Below, in pieces: positions 13,848 through 28,440 of a DNA stretch of 64,000 nt. The position numbers were made by a program, and so were the translations under genes. The first letter of the stretch is position 1, and every line of letters begins with the position of its first letter. The notes beneath the pieces were generated by a model. That model was given only the letters and a program-made list of their open reading frames with translations, had not been told where the DNA came from and ran no database searches. Origin of the DNA: Takakia lepidozioides (Eukaryota; Plantae; Bryophyta); the NCBI GenBank assembly GCA_030704615.1, contig CM060732.1, forward strand, positions 48,794,001-48,858,000, read 5' to 3'.

Positions 13848-16800
13848 GTCCTGACTCCTCGTGCTGTCGTGCAAGTTGAGGCCTTGTTCTTGTGCAAGTT
13901 GACAAGTGGGAAGTGGGACCTGGTATGATTGAGCTCTCACCTTGTCAATCAATGATGAACAGTGGTTTTTGTACTAGCTTGTACTTCATCTCATTGCTAG
14001 TCAGCAATAAGTCAGAACGAGCAGCTATGGTGGGCAATAGATAGTACCTATCCCTAAAAAACTTGCAAGTCTCTTCTCATGTAACACGATAAGCGAAGGG
14101 AGAGCTTGCATGTACCAGCTTGAGCATTTGAGCACCGCGTACAACAAAGAGGGGCATTTTTAGGGTTTAAAAGGAAATGAAAGGTAGCTGGAGCTTGGAA
14201 GGGGCCATGGGCATTGGGTGTCTATTTTTGTGGTTATATTCTTAAGAAAATAGATGTTTTCTCTTCTCATGTGCCTAATTCTAAAAAATTGTAGCATGCA
14301 ATGCCTAATTTGAGAACATGATGAGCATATACCTTAATCAAGTATATATATCTGTTTTTCAAAACATGCCTAATTTTCTGATTGATTGATTTCGCAAAAA
14401 TGACTAATCCGTTGTCAAGGAACGGTATTCTCGTTCCTTCTCCCCCGTCTTTAATGGTAGATGGCCCACAAGAAACCGTCTAAAAGCTGGGACGGAGACA
14501 TCTGATAATACGGATATGTGGATCTGCCCCTAAGGCACAAAAGGATGGCCTGGTTAGGAACCCCCGGATATGAAGAGCGGAGGTATACCCATTATTTCCC
14601 ATTGCTTGCTCCTCTACTAATTTTAATCTACTATTCAGCCACGGAAGTTATTCTGTGGACGAAAGCGGCTGTGACCTGTTTAGGGTCGCATCGGCCTTTA
14701 GGGATTAACCTGCAAATAAGAACTCGGATATGGTAACTAGGATTTTATTTTTATTTTTTTAATAAAAAGGGAAAAAGCTTAACTGCCGGCTCGACCCGTT
14801 TCCATATATCATCCAGATCTTTAACTATTGCAGATGTGGATGGAATTCATCCATACCTGAAGTGAAATTATAGCCTGCGACCTGACTCAGCCTGTCCAGC
14901 CAAAAAAATAGAAAACTTTTAAACGCTCCAGCCTGTAGGATTTCTAGAAAACGGCGGGGTCCCAGATTTGGGCCCCCACCTAGTTGACAGTCGACGTGGC
15001 AGGCACCGTATGCCCCGCAAGCGTGTGGCAATCCAGCCCAGCGCAGCCACCCACCCTTGCGTGGCCACGTGGCAACCCGTCGCCGTAAAGTAATGTCTGA
15101 CGTGGCAAAGTTTCAGGCCAGTTTTTTTTTTGTTTTTTTGCCAGTTTAACTTTGAACAAGTAATGATCTACACCAGCCCATTTTTTTTCATTGAGGGCGC
15201 ACTGCTCCCCAGATCCCAGGCGAAATGTGTGGGTTCCCCTGGTGCTTTCTGGCACCGGCTGCCCAGGGAGCGGCGAAGTTTCTTATTTTTGGCCCTTTTT
15301 TTTTGCAGAGGGGTGTCGCGGGTCAACTTTTTTTGGTGCAATCTCCGCCTAAAAAGGTTGGGCTGACCTATTTTTTCCTTGAATTCTGACAATGTTTTGG
15401 CATATGGCTGTCAATGTTACATTGCAATGGTTTCACCACGGAAATTTCAAAATTCGTAAAATTTATGTGTTTTATCATTTAATCCTAATGCTTGCTCCAT
15501 TGCATGGTCAAAGCAACAAACTATGATTTTAATTTTTTGTGGACATGATTTGTCCCAACAAAATTATTATAATATTCTATAATCTGGCTCCCACATTTGG
15601 TATGGAGGTGCAGGTGCTAGGTGTACATCTATATGTAAGGTTCATTCTCATGGATGAATGTTGGTAGGTTGATAAGGTGAAATTAATGGGCTGGGTACTT
15701 TTTTTGAACCTAGGCAGTTAAGGGTTAAATGATATTAAAATAAACCACAGGGAAAACTTCACCTTAGGCCCCAAACTTAGTCGAAATGAAGATCTGTTCC
15801 GGTCTGGGTATGTGAGAAATGTCTCACGTAGGATAGATTCCAGAAAGATCCTGCACCGTCCTAGACTTTGGGTAAGTTATATATGCTTCAGCCGCTCAGC
15901 CTAAGGTAGTTCCTCCTCCATACTTGTCATCTCCAGGAAAACCCCAGGGGTAAACCACCAACTACTAGGGCACGATCTACATATACGACAACGCAGGCGA
16001 TGAACACCAGAAGAACCAGACTAGGTGTCACATCCAAGGACAGATCTCAATGCTTATTTTTCTTGCTCCGACAACAATTTTGGAAGGTGGAGGGCACCGT
16101 CCTTTTCCCGATCCCATCAGGGGATACGGTAGTAAAGAAAACTAAATGTGGACATTTCTGACAGGCAAGCAGTCGATTGAAGGATTGGTAAATGCAGTGA
16201 CAAGAGCATGGCCAGCAGCGGCCATTTCAGACGCGCCAACTCCATTCTGCCGTGGCCGGCGGTTTCGGGGCTCTCCCAGCGTAGTGTTGGCTGTCTCGCA
16301 AATCCGCACATCTAGAATTCCGTTGCCGTCCCCCAACCCCCCCAAGGCAACGTCTTATCGGGGCATTCTCGCTCACATGTGTTGACAGGTGGCATGGTAG
16401 GTGGCCGGGCCCACAAGTCAACGTAACCATCTCAGCCTGGCGCGCATCTCAGCCGTGCGCCCAGCTAGAGGGGGGGTTGCCGTGGGAGGCTGCCGTGCTG
16501 CTGGCCTTCACACCAGCTGCCACACTAGTATATGGGCTCCGGGCCAAAAATGGCCTAGTATAATGCCGTTGGCGTGTCTGTTTACCGCGCCACTGCTGGT
16601 CATGCTCTAACTTATCTGAAGTACGAGAGCAGTCTGGTGATGCCAATCCGTCTCCCTCGCTCATACCGGCAGTTTTTAGTGCAGGTGAGGTCCACGTGAT
16701 CCACTTGCAAAAGGATGTAGGCTAGAGTTACTTGATCTTGATTCGGACATGCTGGCCTGACACAGTCTTCCCTAGCATTATTGCACGTGTTTGTCAAATT

Positions 16801-17354
16801 TTAGCACGTTTAGATCTTTTCCTCGCCTATTTGTGGAGGGTTCCGGGCCCCGGCAAGTTGGTCCGCATTATGCACTGCTAGATCTGTGCAGGTACAGTGT
16901 TTGTTTCTGAAGGGCACCTTAGACTTGCATTGTAATCGCACCCGCCTCTGGCAGTCTTGGGAAGCTGCCAAGGTTGTGTGTGGAGTACGTAGTGTGAGCT
17001 GTTGGCAAACCATCTCGTAAGGTACGTAAGGTTGCTATGCTGTATGTTGCTGGGTGTACAGTTGGGAGCATTGTGGTTGCGTTTCTCGCTACTCCCCGAC
17101 TGGAAATGCACCCACGGGTGGATCATCTCTCTCTCAGGCGCACGAACTTGTTCGTTGATTTTGTCCATCTCTCGGACGTTTCTCACTGGGGCGGCTATCT
17201 TTTGCATGACCTTCAAAGGTTAACACACCCGTGCATTATGGGTTCTCCCTGGAGACTGTCTGTTGGTTTGAATGATAAGGGATGATCTGCAATCGATTTA
17301 GCTTGTCCTTTTCGGAGATACAGACGCTTTGGAATTTTACTAAACTGGAGATGT

Positions 17355-20300
17355 ATGCTACAGGGAAAGATGCAGGCCCTGGGTGGTCTGACGAAGCTGC
17401 TGCAGAAAAAGGACAGTGACGGCGACTTCGTAAGTCTGGAAGGAACGCTGATTGTTCGCAAGAAAGGTTTGCTGAGCAACGTGCCCACTGGCACCGGCTT
17501 AGTGCATAATGCCTCGGATCTGTTGCTCAACAAGGGTGTGACCCTCCAGCTCGTCAGTTCCGATCGATTGGACGGTGGTGGGTTTACTCTTCCCTCCAAC
17601 AACAATTAGAAAAAGTTGGCTGGAACAGCATGCTATTATCGTTCTGTGACTTGCAGTGAGTCGCATTCATGAAGTCATTTGCTTTAGTGTGCTGACGTGA
17701 GAATCAACCTCAGTACGACGTGTCGAGGACTGAGTATTGCCCCTCAACTCTTAAGCGTAAAGCAATCAGGGGGGCGCGTTGGGCGGTGCCAGTACTAGTT
17801 GTCATTGTGAGAATTCATATACTGGACTCCAGCGTCTCGATCAGTGGGAGTGATTGAACAGGTATCTCCGGAGACTACTGCGCTGAGGAGTTGTCTCGAT
17901 CTAGTTCACTTACAGACTACGAGAAGATTCATGTGGGGCCGTCTTTTCTCATTGGCGGTAGCGATAACTTTCACTAAGGTGACTGGTAGCATATTACCAG
18001 ACGAGAAATGAACGATAGAATAGATCTCTGAAGCTGTATGAAGCTTCGAGGGGCGTCTTGACATAGCATTGAACCGCGCTTCAAATCTTTTCGAGTCGGT
18101 AATCTAAGAATCGTTACGACTGGTTCTTATGAAAAACCGGTCCCCCTCTTATTGTATGCAACAGGAGTAGGACGTCCTCCTCCCCCGTTGCTGTGTGGCC
18201 GGATTTGTGCAGGTTCCGAGATTTTGTTCTCTTTGCATCTTAAACCTGCTGCATGCTTGATAAACATTGAACTCCTTAAAGACAGAATATTTTAATATTC
18301 TTTAAATATTGTGGACTCATTGTGGATTTCAGGCGTCCAATTCTTTCGTGTTGTTTTAGACCGATTCAAACCGGTTTTGAACCATCGTTTCGAATCGGAC
18401 CTGGCTACATCATCAATAAGGTCTGCCCACCTAAATTGTTTATTGAAATCCTTCACTCTATTTGTTGAGAACTCTTATTCTAATGCTCCTTGCTGTTCCT
18501 GCTGCAGGCTCAAGCATTGGAAAGTTCAGCAAGGAATGTGATGTGGAGAATTGGCTTAGTGTCACGGGGGGTGAATCCACATACAAGGTGACTCTGAAGG
18601 TGCCTAGAGATTTCGGGACACCAGGGGCCCTACTTGTGCGCAATACTTATAGTTTCGAGTTCTTCCTCGTCTCTTTCAACGTCGTACTGCCAAATAGGAG
18701 GAGTGTTTACTTCCCATGTTACTCCTGGGTTTACCATGTGAAGAAGTACAAGGGCGAACGCATCTTTTTCAGCAATCAGGTGCTGCACTGAGCTCTGGAT
18801 TTTTCCTCAAATACTCATTGAGCTACTATTCGTCTGACCTGTTTATGCCATCCCATGTGTACACCGCGCAGATCATCCCTATGTACATCTAGATACGTAG
18901 CAGTCCTGAATGAACTGAACGTTGGGCACTTCAGGTTTGTGAAACACTTTGTGAGCTATTAGTGTGCCTAGCTTTTGGAGGATAGGAATATTTTATGTTC
19001 AGTCATAAGCTATGAACATTACACGAATTAGCAGCAGCTTGGATTGACGAAACGTGCACATGTCATTCAGGCCTTGTCTTTTGACAATTGGTGGTTCCAA
19101 CAGGTGTACTTGCCAGACAAGACGCCCGAAGGCCTGCTGCAACTGCGTGAGTCAGAACTGGTGACCATGCGCGGCGATGGTCGTGGTGAAAGACACGAAT
19201 GGGATAGGATTTATGACTACGACCTCTACAATGACCTGGGTGATCCTAATAAACCAGAGATGAAGAGACCCGGTTTGGGAGGCCAGGACTTGCCCTTTCC
19301 ACGCCGGTGCCGAACTAATCGAAAGCGTCACGACAAAGGCAATTACTTTAAAGCTATTTGACAAAATCAGTCTTTTGAAGAATCTGGTCCTCAAAATGAA
19401 AAGTTGGAACTTGCTTATCCTAGTAATTCTCATCAGACTTGCAATCGACTAGCTTCACTGAGTGTAGAAATGTCCTAAGGGTTCGGCTTGGTATTTTGCA
19501 GATCCATCGGCTGAGACCTCAGCGAAAGGAAGCTCTGGGTGTTACGTTCCCCGCGATGAGCAGTATGATGCACAGAAGCAGTCTGACTTTCTCTTTGACA
19601 ACGTGGTCGCCCTTGGCCACAATCTGTTGCCTTCCCTCAGGAACTTACTCTTAGGCAGCAATGAGTTTAAGTGTTTCAAGGATGTGCTTAGCCTGTACCT
19701 GGAGGGTATTGATTACGATTCGAAATTGAGGGCCCTACAAGCGAGCTCTGCCAACGGTGAAATTGACCCTCTCCAAGTGCTGGCAGATCTGGGTGTTGAT
19801 AGGCAGAAGAGTAGCTTGAAGTTCCCCAAGCCTCAAATTCTTCTAAGTGAGTACACTGTCACATATATCCAACTCATCCCGTGGGTGTAAGGGCTGTAGA
19901 ATCTCAATTTGCATTCTTTCCGTTGCTCCCATGTTCCCCCAATATCTGTAGGCATTTCCTCTGCAATTATCTTCTTGTAGACGAGAGTGAATCTCTTTCT
20001 TCCTGTGTCTTCCTGTTACAGATCATTGTCATCATTCAAAGTTGGATAATCATCAGACCCTTTGAGCGCCAAAGCAGAGTGTGGTGGGGGCGCCCTTCAT
20101 TTTACAGGAGGGATGTGCCTTTGCATGATATTTAAAGTATAGTAACTCTTACTGCTGGTTTGGAGCCTGATCTGTCCAATGGTCAGGTACATAGCTCTGA
20201 GCGATCAAGGTCGTCCACCAGCAGGGAACATAGATCTTCGAGAGCCGTGTACGAATGTCAACCTTAATGGGCATGTGTGTATTTGGTTGCAGCTGGCGAC

Positions 20301-23300
20301 GAAGCATGGAGGGATGATGAGGAGTTTGCCCGTCAAAGACTTGCTGGCATCAACCCTCTGCAGATTGAGAGGCTCGAGGTGGGTTTACAGTCTTCCAGAA
20401 TTATGTATATGCATCTGTTAGGACAGAAGGATGCCTAGGTGGGTAAAGAGTTAAGTTGATGAGTAAGAATCCATTTCAGCCTCTCCACTACGGTAGCGAT
20501 GAAGGAAACCTTTCACAGGATGAATGTTGGGTATTTTTGGTAGCAAGCTGCTCAGCAATAGTTGGAGAGAGATGTTTCCTCTAGACTTTCTGGTTTCAAC
20601 CGTGATTTCTGGAGATTCTTGGAAATTTATAAATGCCGTCTTCGTCTGGTTTGTTTAAGATAAGCAGCTCTGACTTAGCTTATCCTAACCAGACATTCTG
20701 CAATCTCATCACAGGTGTTCCCAGTCAAGAGCACTTTGTCTGAATCTAAGCATGGGGACCCAATGTCAGCTATTACCGCCAATCATATTCTACCATACCT
20801 GGAAGGACTTTCGGTCGAGCAGGTGGGTTTATGAGGACGTTCAAATTTTTACTTTGGAATTTATTGTACTCTGGTTTGCTGTTGACTCAATGTAAGCATT
20901 GGCTATCATGTAGTGCTACTGGATGCAGCTCCCAAGTCTGCTTCAAGGTCAATAAAGGCCCAACAAGGCCAAAATGTCTTTTCCTAGCACTCTATGGTCA
21001 TGTTTTGCATATTCTATGCTTGACATAGTAGGCAATATTGGATGTCTTTGTAGGGTATTCATACTAAATGGACAGTATGTACTGGATTGACAGGCAATTG
21101 ATGCAAAGAGGTTGTACATATTGGACTATTATGACCTCTTCCTACCTCTCGTTTATCAAATCAATCATCAGGAAAAATCCCCAGACCAGATATATGCTAC
21201 TAGAACTCTGTTCTTCCTGAATGGTGAGGGAACGTTGAAACCTGTGGCCATCGAGCTGGCCCTGCCGAATCGCACTGGCCAGGTGGCCAGTAAGAGGGTG
21301 TTTACCCCACCCATGCAGAACAACAGGGGCTCCGGCAGGAGAGACTTGAAAGTCTTGCAAGAAGACAGAGACTGGAAATGGGAACTGGCAAAAGCACATG
21401 TACGCAGCAATGATAGTACGCACCATCAGCTCTACAGTCACTGGTATAGGCTGGGCTGCTCTGACAGACTACTCTTGTGGACTTCAGCAATGTATTTTGA
21501 AAGGACAGGACCGGTCAAACTAAGGTTGATACATGTAATGCGGAATGAATCAGGAGTCTACATATACATATGCTCTTTGCCTGGAGGGATAGAGCACCTA
21601 AAATGGAGGGACGGGGGAGAGTGTCATTGTCTTGGCAAATTCCACTTTTCAGTGTCCAAGTTCTCACATTCAGTATTGTTGTGGTGAAATGTACAGGGCA
21701 CGGACCCATGCTGCAGTCGAGCCTTACATCATAGCAACAAATAGGCAGCTCAGTGTGATGCACCCAATTCATCTTCTACTGAAACCACATTTCAAGAACA
21801 CCATGAACACAAATTCAAAAGCCCGGGAGGTTCTCATATGTGCAAATGGAATAATCGAGACATGCTTCAGCCCTGGCAAATATTCCCTTGAGTTCAGTGC
21901 AAGATGTTATGATGCACAGTGGCAATTTGACAAAGAAGCATTGCCTGCCGATCTACTCAAAAGGTGGGTCAAGATAAAGTTTGTACAAGCCCCCATTCTG
22001 GTTGTCTTTTGAAGCTCATTTGGTCTTTTGGTTAGAGAGTAGATCAGCACATTAAGTTGAACCACACCCTGTTTATGTGTCATGTGTCACTATTATAGGC
22101 TGTTATTGTAACACTTCTCATCAAATGTTTTTCAGTTCAAAGTTCTTACAGGGTATTCCTTTGTAGCATGCTCTGGCACATGTTCTTGTCATCAAAGAGA
22201 AATTGCCTTGCAATCCAGTCTATGCTGAATAATCGCCATGGTCTCTTCTGGGTCGTGGAACCTTCCCTTCACCGGCGGTGTGATGCTAAATATTTGGATG
22301 GTAGCAGGAAGATGGCAGAGCCTGATGCAGGCTCGGAGAGTGGGGTAAAATTGGTATTGGAGGATTACCCTTATGCACAAGATGGTCTGGATCTATGGTG
22401 TGCAATCAGATCCTGGATCCACGCCTATGTTGACATCTTTTACGAGGATGACAAGACTATCCAACAGGACAAAGAGCTTCGGGAGTGGTGGACCGATATT
22501 CGTACAAAGGGACATTATGACAAGAAGGATGCACCTGGATGGCCAACATTGGACTCCAAAGCAGACCTTATAAAAAATTTGACCATCATCATCTGGGTGG
22601 CTTCAGCCCTCCATGCGGCAGTAAACTTTGGACAGTATGCATATAGCGGTTATTTGCCCAATCTTCCATCCAGCATGCGGAAGTTGATCCCAGCAGACGA
22701 GAGTAGCAAAGACCTCATCGAACTGGATCAAAACCCGGAGAGATACTTCATTCAAGCCCATGCGAGCAAATCACAAGCCACCACTGTCATGGTGATTACT
22801 GAAATCTTGTCGAGCCATGCTAAAGAAGAGCAGTACCTTGGTGAACGGGATGACAGTCAATGGACAAATGATGGACAGGTACTTGTTTCATGAAGCTAAA
22901 AGCTTTACAATATTCCCAGGACTAGGGCATCCTTGAATGAACGTTTATGTCATCCAGGTAGGCATTCAACAAATCATGTTTAGTCGCTCTTGATTTAAAC
23001 CCGTAAATGTCATTGGTATTGTTGAAGTCGTTCAGATGTCAATTTGCTAAGAACAGTAATAATTACCATTTCTCAATCCATTGCAGGGGCTTGGCATAGT
23101 TGTTCAAACAGATGAAAGAACACTCCAACACAGATCCCTAAGAGAAAAAGAAGTCAGACAAAAAGTTTCTTGCATTGTCTAAGTTATTCCTTCTTTCAGG
23201 GGCTGGCATAGTTGAAGAAATATATCGAACAATAGTTTTTATTCTTAGCTGTGGGTTTTTTGTTTCCTCTCACATGTTTCCTTCCATTTTGTGCCATAAG

Positions 23301-23747
23301 CTCAATGAGCTTTCCGCGGACTTATAAAGCACCATTCTATTTCATTTCTTTTAGGGACCTGTGTTGGAGTGTTCTTTATTTCTTCTAAAGGGTGAAGGCC
23401 TTGTGCAGGCAAGCTGCCAAACAGTTCTGATCCTCATAGTGGAAGACTTCAGTGACAGATGGGGTTCCGTGGAATAGACAGTGGAATCTCGCATGGATCT
23501 CGTAGTATAGAAAGTATAGAAAGAAAGATTTGCTTGCAAAATGTTTAATTCCTCTCTACCTATGTGACAGGTGATCGTAGCATTCCAGAAGTTTGGCGAA
23601 AGATTGGACAAACTTATGGTTAAGTTTACAGCAAGAAATGAGAGCATGCAACGCTGGGGGCCTGCCCAAGTCCCATACACTTTGCTGTACCCTTTCTCCC
23701 AGCCAGGAGTGACGGGCAGGGGTGTACCCAACAGTATTTCAATCTAA
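17355..23747 (+). CDS. LOX: Lipoxygenase (PLAT + LOX domains), 10 exons: ~17355-17577, ~18508-18779, 19104-19338, 19502-19846, 20293-20378, 20715-20822, 21094-21443, 21697-21963, 22308-22878, 23571-23747
   Basis: Motifs [88 protein letters not shown] and C-terminal GVPNSISI*. Exons join in frame at splice sites. Start codon and exon 1-2 boundaries are approximate. Confidence 0.95.
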
Positions 23748-26541
23748 GTAATCTGCATAGAAATGAGATCCCTATATCTGGTCTCCCCTCTGATTTTGTT
23801 CAGAACTTGCACGTTGGGAGACTTGGATTTGAAGATGTTTACAACTGTATGCTGTTGCTCGGAAAGCAATGCAGTTGCAATTTGTGTTACTTAAACGTGT
23901 TTCGATATATCTGAACTTGAAACTATTGTTATACATTTATTGCTCAGATCCAATGTGTGGCGGGCACTTGTACCGGCCCACTTCACCAGATTCCCACAAT
24001 CACAGTGTTATGAAGATTGTGCTTTCGCGTTAATTCTTTTGGACATCCGTCCTGCTTCTCGCGTCAAGGTCCTAGAACTTCCTACCTCTTAAAGCTTAAG
24101 CCAGCTTTGTCAGCACTGGTAATGGCTGTCTTTTTTATCTCTTCACATCCCTCACTAGCCCAACACTAGCCCAAACCTATGAGTACATGCTGTTAGAAGG
24201 ATTAGTAAATCCAATGTAGGTTAGTAAGTCTAGTAAAGTAAATAGTTAGTGAAAAGAAGTTACATTCACTGGAGCCTTCATGTAACTGCTGAGCCTGGGG
24301 GTGAAGCACTTGGTATCTTGAGTGACTTCTATGGTTGGGAGGAGGGCTCCTTCTGACACATAAAGTCTTATTCTTATATTTTTTAGAATATATTATTTTT
24401 TTTTTTTCCTTATACTAGTGAGTGTATCTAATCATAACTCTAACACTTGCAACTCCACAAAGTTGTCTGTCGGCAAACACTGCAGGAAATTTTCCCAACC
24501 CTACAGCCAAAGCTCAGCATCATTCAGCCCAAATTTTGCAATCTCAGACAGTGTTCCTTATAAATGCGTACCTCCTTTCCATCTAATCAACCCAAAAAAA
24601 GGATTCACATGTACATTGAGTTTTGGAGATAACAGGGATTGTTAATCACTTGTGTAGTTGCTATTCACGGAGTCAATCCTCTAGATTCCAGCTAAACTCA
24701 ATGCATAGTAAAGTTGGTAGTTAGATAGTTATGTCACCATCTAAGTAGATGGATAAGCCCATTGGCAATACGTGGCTAATCAATTCTTCAACATCTTAGT
24801 AGTTGCTTAGAATAGTTAATCTCTAAAGGATGGAGCGACCCAAACTGGGTCGGTTAGATTTAGAAAAGTGTTTGGTTATCACTGGGGTTAAACCTGATTT
24901 GGGCATGTTTAGGCTCATTGGATAGGTAATGGCTCAGCTATGAGGTGGCATTTCCCAATTCGTCATCGGGCCTCTCCTGAGCCACGTGGAACACCTAGAA
25001 TCTGCCACACTCGTGGTTTTCAGCCCCATTTTGGGCAACTAACCTACCCTCCATCCTACGTGTCAACTAGGGTCAGGTTAAGGAGAAATTCCCCGCACCA
25101 CTCACTTACAAACATAGGTGCACATGGAGAAGTCATGGGCAGGGGCAAAAATCATATGAAGGGAAGCTCTGATTGGCGCAAAAGTTTTTTTTGCTTACAA
25201 AAACTTGCCCACTACAGTACAACCGGAGCGATTGACAATTCAACGGTTCAAATCTTTTCACCGAATTTTCTAATACGGTTTTGTGCTTGCCCCTTTGAAA
25301 TTGGGAAATTTGACCCCATGTAGTGTGAATGTGATTATTATTTTTTTTATTACAACTGTTTGATGGGGCTAAGTACTTAAGATTTTTACAACATTTAAGT
25401 AGTTGGATGAATGACCGTGATGGATGAATTATGACTCATTGGATGAAGACATCCATCCGCCAAACATCCATGTGCCCTAGATGGACGGGATTTATGAGTG
25501 ACGGCAATCTTCATGCAAGCACACGAGCACGGGCATGGCGAGCTGCTGACACATTGTATACTGGAGCAGACATCAGCCTACGTGCCTTAGATTTTTGTTA
25601 CGATTTACTTTCATGTTCCTTAGTCAGTACCTGCTATGGCGGCTGAGTTAGTTTTCCAGACAGAGCTAGTTGATGTGCTCAACTATAGGAGCAGCAGGTG
25701 TAGTAATTGCACAGGCAAGTGGGGCTTGGGTTTTAAGGTAGTTTTTGTGAGAAGGTCGCTCTTCTGGCTTTTGGGGGGAGACGGTAGTGAGGCAGAGAAA
25801 GAGAGGTGGTGATGGTGACGTGAACAAGAGACTTGGGCTTCAAGCTGGGACTCGGAATTTTGTGTGTGGAAGGATTATACTGATGAAGAAGTATAAATCG
25901 ACTGTTTGGGTCACTGTTTGCTTTCGTGTCTGGAATTGCACTTGCATTATGCATTACTTCCTGCGTTGTTGCCATTAGGGAAGTCTAATTGCAGCTATGG
26001 TCAGTTTGAGCATGTAACGGGTGTGGGTGTAATAGCTGGGAAATCAGGGCATGTATGTAGTGCCTCACTCAAACCACCTACTGGGGAAACTTCACATTGC
26101 ATAGCTGGAATATTAGGGTGCATCTGTAAAGTGGCAGCATTGTTATTTGCTTCCAGAGATCAGTCGAACCCGCTGCTCGTGCGTAACAGAAGAGTGTATT
26201 TGGATCTGACCCTTGGACTTGAGAAGTAAAAGATGAGAGAGAGTGAGAGAAAATGAGCTGATGTCGGGTAGGCTTGGGTAGTTCGATCAGGCTGTTTGAA
26301 GGGATGCCATGAATACAAAAGGGTGATGGCTCTTCACGGACAAGGCCCACCTTTCAAGGGGGAATCTGTGAAGGCTATGCTGGGTGTTTTGCAGCATGCA
26401 TGATCACATGCAATGCAGTCGATTATCTGTGACGGATGTGTGTCCTACCCATGTCTTCTCTTCCGTTGCGGCATGGGTGGGACGGAATGGTACTCTGGTG
26501 ACTTGAAGTGAATGTCGTGGGGAATGTTTTGCCCCTTTCTT

Positions 26542-26553
26542 TGGTATCAGAGC
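26542..26553 (+). promoter_or_regulatory. tRNA-iMet primer binding site
   Basis: TGGTATCAGAGC upstream of gag. Confidence 0.85.
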
Positions 26554-26989
26554 TGATGTCGGTCTTTGTTCTGCTTGCATTCTTTACAATGATTCATTAT
26601 GGGTTTTGGTAATCTCTCTTTATATGGCCGGTAGGGATCATACCCTTATACCTGATGAACCAAGCATTGGAGACATCCTCATATGCTTCAGTCAGCGTGC
26701 TGGCAACGTTAGTGCTGAGCCAAGGCTCTATTTTTTTAATCCTGCTTGGAGATTGAGGGATGGTGACTTGTGCCTTCGAGTGATACATGCGGGAGGCCGC
26801 AGTACATAGTTCTTTGGATGAGGGAATTAGGAAGGTAAGAAAGAATTAACACTATGGCTAGGGAAGTTATCTGGGAAGGTTGTGTAGAGATGCTGCGTAA
26901 TGGAGTGTGGGAATGGTACAGGGGTCAAAACTGATGCATGTGTGTGTGTTTGCTTGTTGATTTTTGTTGCTTACTATTTTCTTTTCGTT

Positions 26990-28440
26990 TTGATTGCTGC
27001 TGAGTATTTGGAGGATGACGAGCCCAGCGGGCATTGAGGCCCCGTTCTTCGGTAGGGAGAACGAAGATGTTCACGACTAGATCGACCGAATCCAGATGTC
27101 TGGAGACGTACAGGATCTGAGTGAAGACAAGATGTTCAAAGTGGCCCGGTTGAATTTGCGTTCCAAGGCGGATGGTTCCGCAAGCAGAACCCAAGGCCAG
27201 ACAATTGGCCAAACTTCCAGGCTACAATTACCGCCAAGTTTGGAATTGTGGACATGGCGGAAATCAAGATGAGACCGGATTCAATCAAACATGAGCATAA
27301 GCAACGCGTTCAGGCGTACTTTGATAAGCTGAGCCGTGTATTTTTGAAATGAGGCATAGCTGATCTGGAGCAGCGCAAGCGCTTTGTTGGGGGTTTGCGA
27401 CCGGAGATAATGAGGGCCATGCTTGGCAGACAATTTGTGGGTATAGATGAAGCTTTGGATACTGCGATTGAGATTGAACGCGGAGAATGTCACAGAGTGG
27501 GCCACCGAACAGAGATGTGTGGGGTTAGATGCTCGTATTGTAAGATGTCGGGGCACCTCGAGAACGTGTGTAGCCAAAAGCTTGAGACGAACAACACTGG
27601 GACACCTGCAACTCACTTCGTGGAGGTATATTGTGATGATGAAGACCAGATCTTGGCCGAGATGACTACATTGATGAGGGAACAAGACATTAATGAGGTA
27701 AGACTCCCTCGAAATCGTACCCCAATTGCACTGCCTTCGGCCAGCAGCTCTGGACGATCTAAGGAGGGTGAGCATACCAGTGGAGATTCAGGAAGTTTGG
27801 GGGCTGCAGTACAAACCCCATAGGCTCCTCGTTCGGCTGAAAGTAGCCCAAGGTCAAAGATTTTGAACCATTTTTACAAGGGAAGGATCTCCCTCTCTCC
27901 TATGGATGTAATCATGTCAGTGCCAGGGGAGTTGGAAAAGTTGAAAGGTTTGGTCAAGGTTGTTGAACGGGCAATGGGGCAGCAGAGGGAATCAGTGGCT
28001 TCCCTAGTAGAGAACCAATTGCCAAGTGTAAAGATGAATGTTAAGGCCAAAGCCAAGCCACTGTACCCGCATGAGATGGAGGCCAACAATGTCTCCTATG
28101 CATATACGGGGAGGGTGAGAGCTCTTCACGCAATGATCACCATTGGAGAACACCAAGTGCTGGGACAAGTTGACACTGGTGCAATGTTGTCCGTGATGTC
28201 ACCCAGCACGGTCAGAGATCTTGGACTTATGGGCTCAGTGGTGAGTGAGTGGCATCTGGTGCAATGGAGACTGCCATGGGACGTTTGGAGGATCTAAAGG
28301 TGACCGTGGATGAGCTCACTAACCACTTGTCGTTTATGGTGGTAGATACGGACACATACAACATGCTTCTGGGTTGGACTTTTTTTTAAAGTTTGGTGCT
28401 ATTGTTGACACCGAGAATGAAACCTTGAGGGTAAGATACG
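26990..28440 (+). pseudogene. Gypsy A gag and aspartic protease remnants
   Basis: CSYCKMSGHLENVC zinc knuckle (ORF 27395-27823) and VDTGAMLSVM protease motif (ORF 27863-28297), with stops and frameshifts. Confidence 0.85.

Noticed and set aside
14400-16600. GC-rich patches and G-box-like CACGTG motifs upstream of LOX
   Set aside because: No TIR/TSD pair or promoter function could be supported from sequence alone.
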